A DNA stretch of 64,000 nucleotides, from assembly GCA_964291625.2 (NCBI GenBank), contig OZ220089.1:1056001-1120000 (forward strand), in the 5' to 3' direction. The notes under the pieces are model-generated. The model was not told the origin of the DNA. It did no database searches and worked only from the letters and a program-made list of their open reading frames with translations. Both the position numbers and the translations under genes were made by a program. The stretch is from Candidatus Latescibacterota bacterium. Lineage in GTDB: Bacteria > Latescibacterota > UBA2968 > UBA8231. This document shows, one piece after another, positions 31,399-40,897 of the stretch; within the stretch, counting starts at the first letter, position 1, and each line of letters begins with the position of its first letter.

Positions 31399-32308
31399 GA
31401 ACGGCGGCGCCCCCGGACCGATCTCCCGTTTCGGGTACGTCGCCTTCGTCGGCCGTCCCAACGCCGGCAAGTCCACCCTCTTCAACGCCCTCCTCGGCCA
31501 GCGCCTGTCCATCGTCACGGCGCGGCCCCAGACGACGCGGGGCCGAATCCTCGGCATCCTCACCCGTCCCGCCAGTCAGGTCGTCCTCCTCGACACACCG
31601 GGCCTGCTCGAGGCCAGGTACCGCCTCCACGAGACGATGGAACGCCAGATCCAACGGGCCTGCGCCGACGCCGACGTGGTGGTGCTCCTCCTCGACGGGA
31701 CCCGGCCCGACGACCGTGGCCGCCTCGTGGACGCCTTCCTCCGGCGCAACCGCAAGCCGGTGCTGCCCGTGCTCAACAAGGTGGACCGAGTCGATCCCGA
31801 AGGGGTGGAAGCGCTGCTGGCGCGCCTCTCCAATGACCACGGACTCTCCGGCCTCCTGCCGATCTCCGCCCTCACCGGCACCAACGTCGCCTTTCTGCTG
31901 TCCCGTCTCGAGGAGCTGCTGCCGCCGGGGCCGGCGATGTACCCGGCGGACCGGATCGCCGAGCAGCCGGAGCGGTTCTTCGCCGCCGAGTTGATCCGCG
32001 AGGCCGCCTTCGAGCAGCTCGCCGACGAGCTTCCGTACTCGATCCAGGTGCGGGTGGAGGAGTTCCGCGAGCCCGCTGCGGAACACGGACGCAAGACCTA
32101 CCTTCTCGCCACCCTGTTCGTCGAGCGCGAGAGCCAGAAGGGCATCGTCATCGGCCGCAAGGGAACACGGCTGCGCAGCATCGGAACGGGAGCGCGCGAG
32201 AGCATCGAGGAACTCGTCGATGGTCCCGTCTTCCTCGAGTTGCGCGTCAAGGTGCGCCCCGACTGGCGCCGGCGAGAGAAGGACCTGAAGGAGTTCGGCT
32301 ACCTCTGA
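31385..32308 (+). CDS. era: GTPase Era
   Basis: GRPNAGKST, PQTTR, DTPG, NKVD, ELPY, KH-domain QKGIVIG. No canonical start codon near the N-terminus; ACG at 31385 proposed. Confidence 0.93.
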   Translation, partial: TSASENGGAPGPISRFGYVAFVGRPNAGKSTLFNALLGQRLSIVTARPQTTRGRILGILTRPASQVVLLDTPGLLEARYRLHETMERQIQRACADADVVVLLLDGTRPDDRGRLVDAFLRRNRKPVLPVLNKVDRVDPEGVEALLARLSNDHGLSGLLPISALTGTNVAFLLSRLEELLPPGPAMYPADRIAEQPERFFAAELIREAAFEQLADELPYSIQVRVEEFREPAAEHGRKTYLLATLFVERESQKGIVIGRKGTRLRSIGTGARESIEELVDGPVFLELRVKVRPDWRRREKDLKEFGYL

Positions 32309-32368
32309 TCGTCCTCCCGGGGCCGCGGCCTGCCGGCGCCGGGACCCGCCCGGAAGGAGGTCTACTCG

Positions 32369-33727
32369 ATGAAGGTTCTGGTCGTCGGCAAGGGGGGGCG
32401 GGAGCACGCCCTCGCCTGGAAGCTGGCCCAGTCACCCGAGGTCCGGCGGCTCTGGGCGGCTCCCGGCTCTCCGGGGATGGCCCAGGTGGCCGAGTGCCTC
32501 CCCGGCTTCCGTGTCGACCTCGACCTGGCGGAGCGGCCCCGTCTCGAGGGTGAGATCGACCGCCTGGCGGGCTTCTCCGCCGAGGCGGGGATCGACCTCA
32601 CCGTGGTCGGGCCCGACGCCGCCTTGGCGGCGGGTTTCGTCGACCGCTTCGCGGCGGCGGGACTGCTGGCCTTCGGTCCCACCGAGGCGGCCGCCCGCAT
32701 CGAGAGCAGCAAGAGCTTCTCGAAAGGGCTGATGGCCTCCATCGGGGTGCCCACCGCCGTCCACCGCAGCTTCACCGCCAGCGCCGACGCCAGCGCCTAC
32801 ATCCGGTCCCGGGGGGCGCCGATCGTGGTCAAGGCCTCCGGTCTGGCCGCCGGCAAGGGCGCCGTCGTCTGCGCCACCGAGGAGGAGGCGGTGGCAGCCG
32901 TGATCGACATCGTCGACCGGCGCCGTTTCGGCGATTCGGGGGCCGAAGTCGTTGTGGAGGACTTCATGGAGGGCGAGGAGGCGTCGCTGTTCGCCGTCTG
33001 TGACGGCGAGAGCTACGTCAACCTGGTGCCCGCCCAGGACCACAAGCCGATCGGCGAAGGGGACACGGGTCCCAACACCGGCGGCATGGGAGCGTACGCG
33101 CCGGCCCCCGTCCTCACCCCGCACATGGTCGACCGGGTCTCGCGCGAGATCATCGAGCCGGTGCTGGCCGAGATGCGGCGCCGCGGCACCCCGTACCGGG
33201 GCGCCCTCTACTGCGGGCTGATGATCACCGCCGAGGGGCCGAAGGTCGTCGAGTTCAACAGCCGCTTCGGCGATCCAGAGGCCCAGGTGGTTCTCCCTCT
33301 CCTGCGTTCGGACCTGGCCGTGCTGCTGGCCGCCGCCGCCCGGGGGGATCTTTCCGCGGCGGGACCGGTGGAGCTCGACGCCGACCGGGCGGCAGCCTGC
33401 GTGATCATGGCGTCGGCGGGCTACCCTGGACAGTACGAGACCGGCAAGCCGATCTCCGGCCTGGAGTCCCTGGCCGGCTCCGAGGACATCCTCCCCTTTC
33501 ACGCGGGCACGGCGGTGGAGGACGGGGCCACGGTGACGGCGGGGGGACGGGTCCTCGCCATGACCGCCCTCGCCGACGACCTGCCCGCCGCCGTGGCCTC
33601 GGCCTACCGGTCGGTGGGGGAGGTCTCCTTCGAAGGCGCGTACTACCGCCGGGACATCGGCTACCGCGCCCTCCGCCGTCTGGCCGCCCGGCAAGGATCG
33701 GCCGGGGCGGGTCCCGCCGGTCCCTGA
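32369..33727 (+). CDS. purD: Phosphoribosylamine-glycine ligase
   Basis: GGREHAL, KASGLAAGKG, QDHK, GPNTGGMGAY, EFNSRFGDPE. Confidence 0.98.
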   Translation: MKVLVVGKGGREHALAWKLAQSPEVRRLWAAPGSPGMAQVAECLPGFRVDLDLAERPRLEGEIDRLAGFSAEAGIDLTVVGPDAALAAGFVDRFAAAGLLAFGPTEAAARIESSKSFSKGLMASIGVPTAVHRSFTASADASAYIRSRGAPIVVKASGLAAGKGAVVCATEEEAVAAVIDIVDRRRFGDSGAEVVVEDFMEGEEASLFAVCDGESYVNLVPAQDHKPIGEGDTGPNTGGMGAYAPAPVLTPHMVDRVSREIIEPVLAEMRRRGTPYRGALYCGLMITAEGPKVVEFNSRFGDPEAQVVLPLLRSDLAVLLAAAARGDLSAAGPVELDADRAAACVIMASAGYPGQYETGKPISGLESLAGSEDILPFHAGTAVEDGATVTAGGRVLAMTALADDLPAAVASAYRSVGEVSFEGAYYRRDIGYRALRRLAARQGSAGAGPAGP

Positions 33728-33729
33728 CG

Positions 33730-34101
33730 ATGTCCGACGTGCTCCGCCTCACCAACATGACCTTCCACGCCTGCCACGGCCTGCTGCCCGAGGAGACGCG
33801 GCTGATGCAGCGCTTCGAGGTGGACGTGGAGCTGCGGCTGGATCTGCGCGCCGCCGGAGAGCGGGACGACCCTTCCCTCACCGTTGACTACACCGCCGTC
33901 TACGACCTGGTGGGGCAGGTCGTGAAGGGAGGGAGGCGGTACGGCCTCGTGGAAGCCCTCGCCGAAGCCGTGGCCGCGGCCCTGGGAGAACGCTTCGACG
34001 CCCTGGCCTCGGCCCGGGTGCGGGTGCGCAAGCCGACCCCCCCCATGGACGGCCACTTCGATGGCCTCGAGGTCGAGATCGAACGCCACTTTGGCGACTG
34101 A
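33730..34101 (+). CDS. folB: Dihydroneopterin aldolase
   Basis: FHACHG..PEE...QRFEVDV, TVDY, LVEALA, VRKP. Confidence 0.93.
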   Translation: MSDVLRLTNMTFHACHGLLPEETRLMQRFEVDVELRLDLRAAGERDDPSLTVDYTAVYDLVGQVVKGGRRYGLVEALAEAVAAALGERFDALASARVRVRKPTPPMDGHFDGLEVEIERHFGD

Positions 34102-34609
34102 GCGGTGCTTCGTCGGCCTCGGCTCGAACATGGGGGACCGCCGCGGCACCCTCGAATCGGCCCTGGGGGCCCTGCATCGCCAGCCGGCGATCGAGATCAC
34201 CGCCGTCTCCAGCGCCTGGGAGACCTCCCCCGTGGGACCGCTGGCGCAGGCCGATTACCTCAACGCCGCCGCCGAGTTGCGGACCACCCTGGAGCCGCGC
34301 CGCCTCCTGGAGGTGCTGCAGTCGACCGAGGACGCCCACGGACGCCGGCGGCGGCAGCGCTGGGGGCCGAGGACGCTGGACCTGGATCTCCTGCTGGCCG
34401 GTGACCGCCGCCTCGAAGAGCCGGGACTGAGGGTCCCGCACCCGCGCCTGGCGCAGCGCCGCTTCGTCCTCGAGCCGCTCCTGGAGATCGCCCCCGACCT
34501 GGTCCACCCGGTCAGCGGAGAGCGGCTGGCCGCGGTCCTGGCCGATCTGGCGACGGGGGAGCGGGTGCGGCGGTCAGGGCCGCTGGAAGCCGGGGTGAGC
34601 CAGCCCTAG
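34091..34609 (+). CDS. folK: 2-amino-4-hydroxy-6-hydroxymethyldihydropteridine pyrophosphokinase
   Basis: TTG 34091; GLGSNMGD, YLNAA, RWGPRTLDLDLL, PHPR...RRFVL. Confidence 0.95.
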   Translation: MATERCFVGLGSNMGDRRGTLESALGALHRQPAIEITAVSSAWETSPVGPLAQADYLNAAAELRTTLEPRRLLEVLQSTEDAHGRRRRQRWGPRTLDLDLLLAGDRRLEEPGLRVPHPRLAQRRFVLEPLLEIAPDLVHPVSGERLAAVLADLATGERVRRSGPLEAGVSQP

Positions 34610-36219
34610 CGGATCAGCGCCAGACGGCCGAGGCTGGTGGATCCGCCGGTCCGCAGGCGGACGAAGTAGGTGCCCGAGGCCGCCCACCGGCCGGCGTCGT
34701 CGCGGCCGTCCCAGACCGCCTCGTGGCGCCCCGCCGGCCGTCGTCCCATCACCAGGGCGCGCAGCCGCTGCCCGCCGAGAGAGAGAACGCTCAACTCCAC
34801 CGGTCCCTGCTCGGCCAGCGACCAGGGGATCCGCACTTCGGAGTTGAAGGGGTTCGGGTAGGCCTCCCCCAGCGTGGACGATGCGGGACCCGCCCCCGGC
34901 AGGCCGGCCACGGCCAGGTCCGTGGAGACCTCGGCGGACAACTCGAAACCCCCGCCCTGGGGCGAGGTGCCCCCGACGATCAGTACCAGGCTGTCGATGC
35001 CCGCCGCCTGCGCCTGGCCGCGGTTGCCGCCGATGAGGCTCACTCCCTCGAGCCGGGAGGCCCCGGGAGACATGGCGTAGGTCCAGGCGAGAAAGCCGGC
35101 CCCCTCTTCCCCCGCGAAGTCGATGGCGAGGTCGCCGGGGGTCCGGAAGAGGACGTTGATCGTGCCCCAGGCATCGGTGAGGGCGAAGGGCAGCCGCTCC
35201 TGGGGCAGGGAGTCGTAGTCGAAAGTCCGTACCCGGCGCCCGCCAAGGGCCCCGTAGGCGAGTCGCGGGTCGTCCGAGGCGTAGTTGGCGGCGACCCACC
35301 CGGACCAGGCGTCGACGAAGCGGTCGCCGGAACCGATCCCCTCCAGGGCCCTGTCGACGCCGGCGATCCCGTTGGCGGGCTCGGAGACCAGGGCACGGAT
35401 AAGGTCGGGGCCATGCCTCTCCGCCAGGTAGGCGGCGAAGAGGTAGGTGGCGCCGTAGTTGCGCGGAGAGCCCCTCCAGGTGGTGAGGGAGGTCTCGGGC
35501 CGGTCCAGGAAGGCGGGCACGGCGGCCGGGTCCGCCTCGGGAAAACCGGCCACGGCCTCGGCGTAACCCGAGAGGCCCTCGTTCAGCCAGTTCTCCTCGT
35601 TGCGGTCAGAGCCCCAGTGGAGGAGGTGCTGCAGCTCGTGGGCCAGGGTGCCGCGCGCCAGGTAGGCCTGGCGGCGCAGGTGGTACTGGCTCAGGTAGAG
35701 CAGGTCCCGGGGCACGGCCGGGTCGAAGAAGCCCACCAGGTGGGGATCGGCCATGTCGAGGACGAGGAGGAAGATCTGCTCGTACCCGTCCACATCCTCC
35801 GCCTCCCCGAAGGCCTCCACGAGGAGATCGTAGATGCCGCGGTCGGGGTCGGCGGGGGTGCTGGCCTCGAAGAGCTCCGCGAGCTTGTCCACGTCGCTCT
35901 GCAGGACCGGCCCCCCCTCCGTGTCCCACTGCGCGTTCTCGACGAAGACGAAGCAGCGGGGACCCGCGTACCGGCATGTGGCGCGCACCGGGGTGACCGA
36001 TCCGTAGACCGGGAAGAGCTGCTCCGTGCCCACGGCGACGGGCGGCGGCTCGGCCTGGCGGGGGCCCGCAGGACGGGCGGCGGCCAGGGCGGGCAGGGCG
36101 CCAGACGCCCTCTGCTCGGCGAGCCAGCGGGTGCCGCACAGGACCGGTTCCGCCGCCTGCCCCAGGGCCGGCGGCAGGACGGCCAGGGCGAGCACGGTCC
36201 ACCGGCCGGCCGCGGCCAC
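34606..36219 (-). CDS. Secreted zinc metallopeptidase (M30-like) with FlgD-Ig/T9SS-type C-terminal domain
   Basis: Signal peptide, pro-segment LCGT, AHELQH...WLNEGLS, C-terminal YPNPFN...WDGRDDAG...SGTYFVRL. Confidence 0.8.
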   Translation of the reverse strand: MAAAGRWTVLALAVLPPALGQAAEPVLCGTRWLAEQRASGALPALAAARPAGPRQAEPPPVAVGTEQLFPVYGSVTPVRATCRYAGPRCFVFVENAQWDTEGGPVLQSDVDKLAELFEASTPADPDRGIYDLLVEAFGEAEDVDGYEQIFLLVLDMADPHLVGFFDPAVPRDLLYLSQYHLRRQAYLARGTLAHELQHLLHWGSDRNEENWLNEGLSGYAEAVAGFPEADPAAVPAFLDRPETSLTTWRGSPRNYGATYLFAAYLAERHGPDLIRALVSEPANGIAGVDRALEGIGSGDRFVDAWSGWVAANYASDDPRLAYGALGGRRVRTFDYDSLPQERLPFALTDAWGTINVLFRTPGDLAIDFAGEEGAGFLAWTYAMSPGASRLEGVSLIGGNRGQAQAAGIDSLVLIVGGTSPQGGGFELSAEVSTDLAVAGLPGAGPASSTLGEAYPNPFNSEVRIPWSLAEQGPVELSVLSLGGQRLRALVMGRRPAGRHEAVWDGRDDAGRWAASGTYFVRLRTGGSTSLGRLALIR

Positions 36220-36222
36220 GCC

Positions 36223-36852
36223 TCAGAACCTCCGGCGCAGGCCGACGACGGCCCCGTCCGGGCTCAACCTCCAATCGAGGGAGAGGGCGGCGGCCTCACC
36301 GCCCCGCGGGCCCACGGCCCGGCCGGCGTGCACCGCCGAGACCAGGTGGTTGACGACGACGAGACCGGTGAGGTAGAGGGCATTCCGCTTCATGCCGGTG
36401 GCGCCGTTGCGCAGCTCGCGGTAGCGCAGGCGGGAGGCCTCGGCATCCCATTCCCAGGCGAACTCCGGCGTGCCCGGATAGAGCTCGGCCTCGGGACCGT
36501 CCTCGACCTCGGCGAAGAGGTTGTGCTGGTTGTGGCTGCCGTAGAAGCCGAGGTCGTCGAAGTACTCCCCGGACTTGCCGCCGGTCCGGGCGCCGGCGTG
36601 GACGGCGGCGTAGGTGCGGTAGTTCGCCTCGCGGACGTCGGCCACCGCCCGCAGCCCGAAGTAGCCGAGCCACAGCGCGGCCTCCATGGACAGGAACCGC
36701 CGCGCCCCATGCCCGTCACCGGCGGCGTGCTGCCCCCAACCCGGGATGACCAGGGAGCGCCAGAACCCCCCGGCCCCGGAGTCGGCGCCGGCGGGCGCGG
36801 CCAGCAGGAGGGCGGCCAGCGCCAGGAGGCTCGGGCGCAGGGGCGGAGCCAT
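36223..36852 (-). CDS. Hypothetical membrane/exported protein (DUF5683-like)
   Basis: ATG 36852; RSLVIPGWGQ, EAALWLGY, VNHLVSAVHA, terminal Phe; paralogous to 36852..37775. Confidence 0.7.
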   Translation of the reverse strand: MAPPLRPSLLALAALLLAAPAGADSGAGGFWRSLVIPGWGQHAAGDGHGARRFLSMEAALWLGYFGLRAVADVREANYRTYAAVHAGARTGGKSGEYFDDLGFYGSHNQHNLFAEVEDGPEAELYPGTPEFAWEWDAEASRLRYRELRNGATGMKRNALYLTGLVVVNHLVSAVHAGRAVGPRGGEAAALSLDWRLSPDGAVVGLRRRF

Positions 36853-37775
36853 CAGAAGAAGGGGCGCCAGGCCGTCAGCCGGGCGGTGCGGTCGCCGTCC
36901 AGGGTGGCATGGAAGCGGATGCGCCGGGCGATGGCGGCCTCCTCCTGGCCCTGGTTGCGGGCCCGCGCCACGCGCGCCGCGTCGATGGCGCTGAGGACGT
37001 GGTTGACCAGCAGCAGGCCGGCCACGTTGCCGGCGCGTTTCAGGTACTTGTTGCTGTCGTCGCGCTGATCCTCGTACTCCAGCCGGGTGGCGGAGTGGTA
37101 GTTCTCCGCCGAGTCGACCTCCGTGTAGTGGACCTGGTTGCCGGCGCGGTCGGTGATGTCCCCCCAGCCCGTGATGAACTGGTCGTACTTCCCGATGAGC
37201 TCGTAGTACTGCTGGGTCTCGGTGGTACTGCAGTCCTTCAGCACGTCGGCCACGGGGGTGGTGGAGGACGCCTGCACGAAGAGGGAGTCGCAGGGCAGGG
37301 TGTGGGTCCTGGAGGAGTGGCGCGCCTGTCGTGAGTCGCGCCAGGCGAGATAGTTCCACGGGTTCCAGGTGGTGTCGGCCCGCGCCCGAAACTCGGCCTC
37401 CAGGTCGTCCCCCTTGGCGCTCCAGCTCGTGTACGTCCCCCAGCCGAGGACCTCCAGACCGAAGAACAGGGCCGCTCTCATCTTCGATCCGGCCCAGAAC
37501 TCCCCGGCCCCGGGCACCACGGCGGAGTAGAGGAAGGCCCTCTTCGGCGAGCGCACGGCCTTGCGCGGAGCAGCTTCGGAGGCACTCTCCTCCCCCTCGG
37601 CGCCGGCCGCCTGGGCCACGCGCAGGAGCGCCGGGTCGGGGCGGCCGGGCAGGGGCACCGCCGGCAGCAGAGACGGAAGGACCTCCACCGACCTCGATAG
37701 GGCAGGATTGGGCAGTTCCGCCCAGCCGGCGGAGCCGGCGAGGGCCGCGGCGAGCAGGAGACGTAGTGTGTTCAT
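36852..37775 (-). CDS. Hypothetical membrane/exported protein (DUF5683-like)
   Basis: Signal peptide; SAVVPGAGE, QQYYELIGKYDQF, VNHVLSAIDA, terminal FF. Confidence 0.75.
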   Translation of the reverse strand: MNTLRLLLAAALAGSAGWAELPNPALSRSVEVLPSLLPAVPLPGRPDPALLRVAQAAGAEGEESASEAAPRKAVRSPKRAFLYSAVVPGAGEFWAGSKMRAALFFGLEVLGWGTYTSWSAKGDDLEAEFRARADTTWNPWNYLAWRDSRQARHSSRTHTLPCDSLFVQASSTTPVADVLKDCSTTETQQYYELIGKYDQFITGWGDITDRAGNQVHYTEVDSAENYHSATRLEYEDQRDDSNKYLKRAGNVAGLLLVNHVLSAIDAARVARARNQGQEEAAIARRIRFHATLDGDRTARLTAWRPFF

Positions 37776-40700
37776 CGCGTCAGATCACTCCCGGGATCGA
37801 TCCAGTTGAGGTAGTTGAACAGCAGGGTCAGGTAGAGCTTCCAGGGCTCCTTCTCTTCGACCTCGTCGATTCCGTAGGCCAGGTCGATCTCGAGACGGGT
37901 GGGCAGACTGTAGAAGGAGACGCCGTCGACCCGCAACTGCAGACCGGCATCGCGCAGCGGCCCCTTGCGTCCGTACATGGGATCGGGGCCGCCGAGGTCT
38001 CCGTCCCAGGCCTTGCCCAGGTCCCCGTACACGGCGCCGTGGACCCGGTGCAGGTAGAGGAGGCCCACCCGTTGGCGCAGCCGGGGCAGGAGCGGGAACC
38101 GCAGGGTGGCGTTGGCCATGGCCGCCTTGCGCCCCTCGATGCTGTAGTAGGTGTAGCCCCGCATGTAGGGGAGCCCCCCGAGGTGGAAGTCGAAGAAGCC
38201 GCCCACGAGCTCGTCGTCGACACTGTCGGAGAAGATCCAGCCGCCGAAGGCGCGCAGGCCCAGGGCGGTGTCCCCCGGCAGGCCGAGGTACTCCCGCCAG
38301 TCGAGGGTGAGCTGGTTGTAGAACAGCCCCTTGTACTTCTCCTGCAGGAAGGAGATGTTCTCCTCGTCGAAGCCCTCGATGAACCAGTTGTACATGCGAT
38401 CGTAGCGGAGATAGAGGCGCCGCCCGCCGCGGGGATGGATGTCGCGGTCCACGCGCCGCGGCAGGGAGTCGTGGCGGTAGGTCAGGGCCAGGTCGAAGCC
38501 GTGGAGGTAGGTGTAGCCCACCGGCTTGCCCGGGATGCGCTCGAAGCCGGGACGCCCGTCCCGGCGCGGGAAGAGTTGGTCGTTCTCCAGGCTGGCGTCG
38601 TAGCGGTCGTAGGCCAGGGAGAGGTCGAGGGAGCTGGCGCGGTTCAGCTGCCCCCGCCCACCCAGGGTTAGGCGGTTGAGACTGAAGTTCATGCCCTTGA
38701 TGAAGAAGTCCCGCGCCTCCGAGCTGTCACCTCGCGTCGAGTGGCGCTTCAGGTGGATGAAGTTCAGCCGGACGGTGGGCCGGAAGCCGCGGAACCGGTA
38801 CTCGCCGTAGACGTCGCGGTCGCCGTTGCCGGGAGCCATGGAGAGGCTGCCGAAGACCGACTGCCTGTCGAGGGCGTCCCCGGTGGCCACGTAGGCTCCC
38901 ACCTTGGCGTACCCCTCGTCGTGGGAGAGCCGCGGCATGACGGTGGTCCGCAGGATCTCGGTGCCGTAGGAGCGGGCCGGAGAGGGTGTCTCGTCGGCCG
39001 GCAAGGATGGCAGTCCCGGAGCGGCTGCCAGGGCGGCCGAGGGCGCGAAAACCCCGGGCTCCACCGGCTCGGCCCCCGAGCGGTCGATCCGGTAGAGGTG
39101 GAAGCCGTCGCCTCCGTAGCCGCTGTAGACCACGTCCCCGGCGTCGTTGGCCGTTGGAAAGAAGGCGCCGCCGCGCACGTTGGTGACCCGCTCCACGGCG
39201 CCGCTGGCGGGGTCCCGGGCATAGACATTGAAGATCCCGCTCACGTCGGAGACGAAGAGCAGCTCCCCGGCGGGCGACCACGAGGGGTCGCGGTCGGTGC
39301 CGGCCGAGGCGACCAGCGGCTGCAGGCGTCGCGGCTCAGGCCCCTCGCCGTCGGCGTCGACAAGGGCGATGTCCCTGCTTCCTCCGCGGCCATGGGAGAG
39401 GGCCAGCCAGCGGCCGTCGGGCGACCAGCGCGGCGTGTAGAGCTGGGTGCCGTCGTCGAACTCGAGCAGGTAGCGGATCTCGCTGCCGTCCCGGTCCGCC
39501 AGGCCCAGGGCCGCGCCGGTGGGCCCCAGGCGCACGAAGGCGATGCTCTGTCCGTCGGGCGACACCGCCGGGTAGAGGGCGCGAAGGCCGCGGCTCATCC
39601 GGGAGGTGCGAGGATCCTTTGGCGCGTAGACCCCGGTGAGGGCCGGCAACGTCCACAAGAGCCGGCCCGGCCAGGACCGCTCCGGCCCGGTGAGGTCGTG
39701 CTCGAACAGGTCGGCCCGCCGCGAGCCGTAGGGGTCGGCCTTCTCCTTGCGGACGAAGAGCAGACGCTCGCCGTCGGGAAACCAGTCCGGGACGGAGACC
39801 ACGCCGCCGGCGACGACCTCGTCCTCGCCGCTGTCGAGGTCGCGAAGGACCAGGAAGTGGGGGCCGTAGCGGCGGCCCAGGGTAGAGAGGTAGGCCAGGC
39901 GGGCGCCGTCGGGAGCGTACACGGCGCGCGTGTTCGAGTGGCCCTTCCCCGTGAGCCGCTCGCCCTCGCGCAGCTCTCCGAGGGCCGCCACCTGCGCCTC
40001 GTAGCGGGCCGCCATCGAGTCGCGCCAGTCGTGCCACACCTGGTCCGCCGACCGGCCGGTGACGGCGTGCAGGGCCCCGTCGATGTCCGTGGCAGTCCAG
40101 CGCCCCATCTGGTCGCAGATCTCGGCCAGGGACGAGTCGCCATAGGTCGCGGCCAGGTACCTCACGAGGCCGTAGCCGTGGTCGTAGACGAACTCGTTCT
40201 CGAAGCCCGGCTTGCCGAAGACGCCCATGTCGTCGAGGGAGAGCAGGGAGCCGTCGAGGACCGCCGTCCGCAGTACCATGTCGCGGTGGCTGTCCCAGCG
40301 GTCGTGGCGGACCTCTTCCATCTGGTGCTGGGCGACGCCCTCGGCGAACCACATGGGCAGCACCGTGTTGGCCAGCGGCACCAGGGCCAGGCGGTCCGGC
40401 GCCCCCGTGAGGATGTCGTCGCGCTCGCTCTCCGGCTTGTAGGCGAAGTACTCCAGGAAGGCGGCGGGCACCCTCTGGGGCCCCTTGCGGGCGGCCCCGA
40501 GGGAGACGATGTGGACGAGCTCGTGGGTGATCACGTTGCGCAGCCAGTCGGAGGCACCCCGCAGCTCGTAGTCGTGCTCGAGGGGTGTGATCCAGACCTC
40601 GATGGCGTCGTGGTAGAAGAAGGCGGCGCCGTTGGCGTAGTCGTCGTAGTCCTTCAGGATGATTCGCACGGGGCCGGCCGGCCGGTAACCGTAGAGACGC

Positions 40701-40897
40701 GTCACCGGACCGTAGGCGGCCTCGGCCACCTCCGCGGCCTGCCGCGCCGTGAGCTCGAGGCCGTCGTGGTAGAGGACGCGGAAGTGCTCGCTCTCCAGCG
40801 TCCGCCAGGTGAGCTCGGGGTGGTTCTGGGCCGGCGCCGGGGACCCCGCCGCCAGGGCTCCCACCACGACCGAGGCGAGGAGGCCCCGGGCGCTCAC
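37772..40897 (-). CDS. Metalloprotease-like + TolB/PD40 beta-propeller + Omp85-like beta-barrel outer-membrane protein
   Basis: GTG 40897; THELVH...WFAEGVA, several SPDG/PD40 repeats, C-terminal FHLGG..MRGY and ATLRFPL strands resembling Omp85. Confidence 0.8.
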   Translation of the reverse strand: MSARGLLASVVVGALAAGSPAPAQNHPELTWRTLESEHFRVLYHDGLELTARQAAEVAEAAYGPVTRLYGYRPAGPVRIILKDYDDYANGAAFFYHDAIEVWITPLEHDYELRGASDWLRNVITHELVHIVSLGAARKGPQRVPAAFLEYFAYKPESERDDILTGAPDRLALVPLANTVLPMWFAEGVAQHQMEEVRHDRWDSHRDMVLRTAVLDGSLLSLDDMGVFGKPGFENEFVYDHGYGLVRYLAATYGDSSLAEICDQMGRWTATDIDGALHAVTGRSADQVWHDWRDSMAARYEAQVAALGELREGERLTGKGHSNTRAVYAPDGARLAYLSTLGRRYGPHFLVLRDLDSGEDEVVAGGVVSVPDWFPDGERLLFVRKEKADPYGSRRADLFEHDLTGPERSWPGRLLWTLPALTGVYAPKDPRTSRMSRGLRALYPAVSPDGQSIAFVRLGPTGAALGLADRDGSEIRYLLEFDDGTQLYTPRWSPDGRWLALSHGRGGSRDIALVDADGEGPEPRRLQPLVASAGTDRDPSWSPAGELLFVSDVSGIFNVYARDPASGAVERVTNVRGGAFFPTANDAGDVVYSGYGGDGFHLYRIDRSGAEPVEPGVFAPSAALAAAPGLPSLPADETPSPARSYGTEILRTTVMPRLSHDEGYAKVGAYVATGDALDRQSVFGSLSMAPGNGDRDVYGEYRFRGFRPTVRLNFIHLKRHSTRGDSSEARDFFIKGMNFSLNRLTLGGRGQLNRASSLDLSLAYDRYDASLENDQLFPRRDGRPGFERIPGKPVGYTYLHGFDLALTYRHDSLPRRVDRDIHPRGGRRLYLRYDRMYNWFIEGFDEENISFLQEKYKGLFYNQLTLDWREYLGLPGDTALGLRAFGGWIFSDSVDDELVGGFFDFHLGGLPYMRGYTYYSIEGRKAAMANATLRFPLLPRLRQRVGLLYLHRVHGAVYGDLGKAWDGDLGGPDPMYGRKGPLRDAGLQLRVDGVSFYSLPTRLEIDLAYGIDEVEEKEPWKLYLTLLFNYLNWIDPGSDLTR

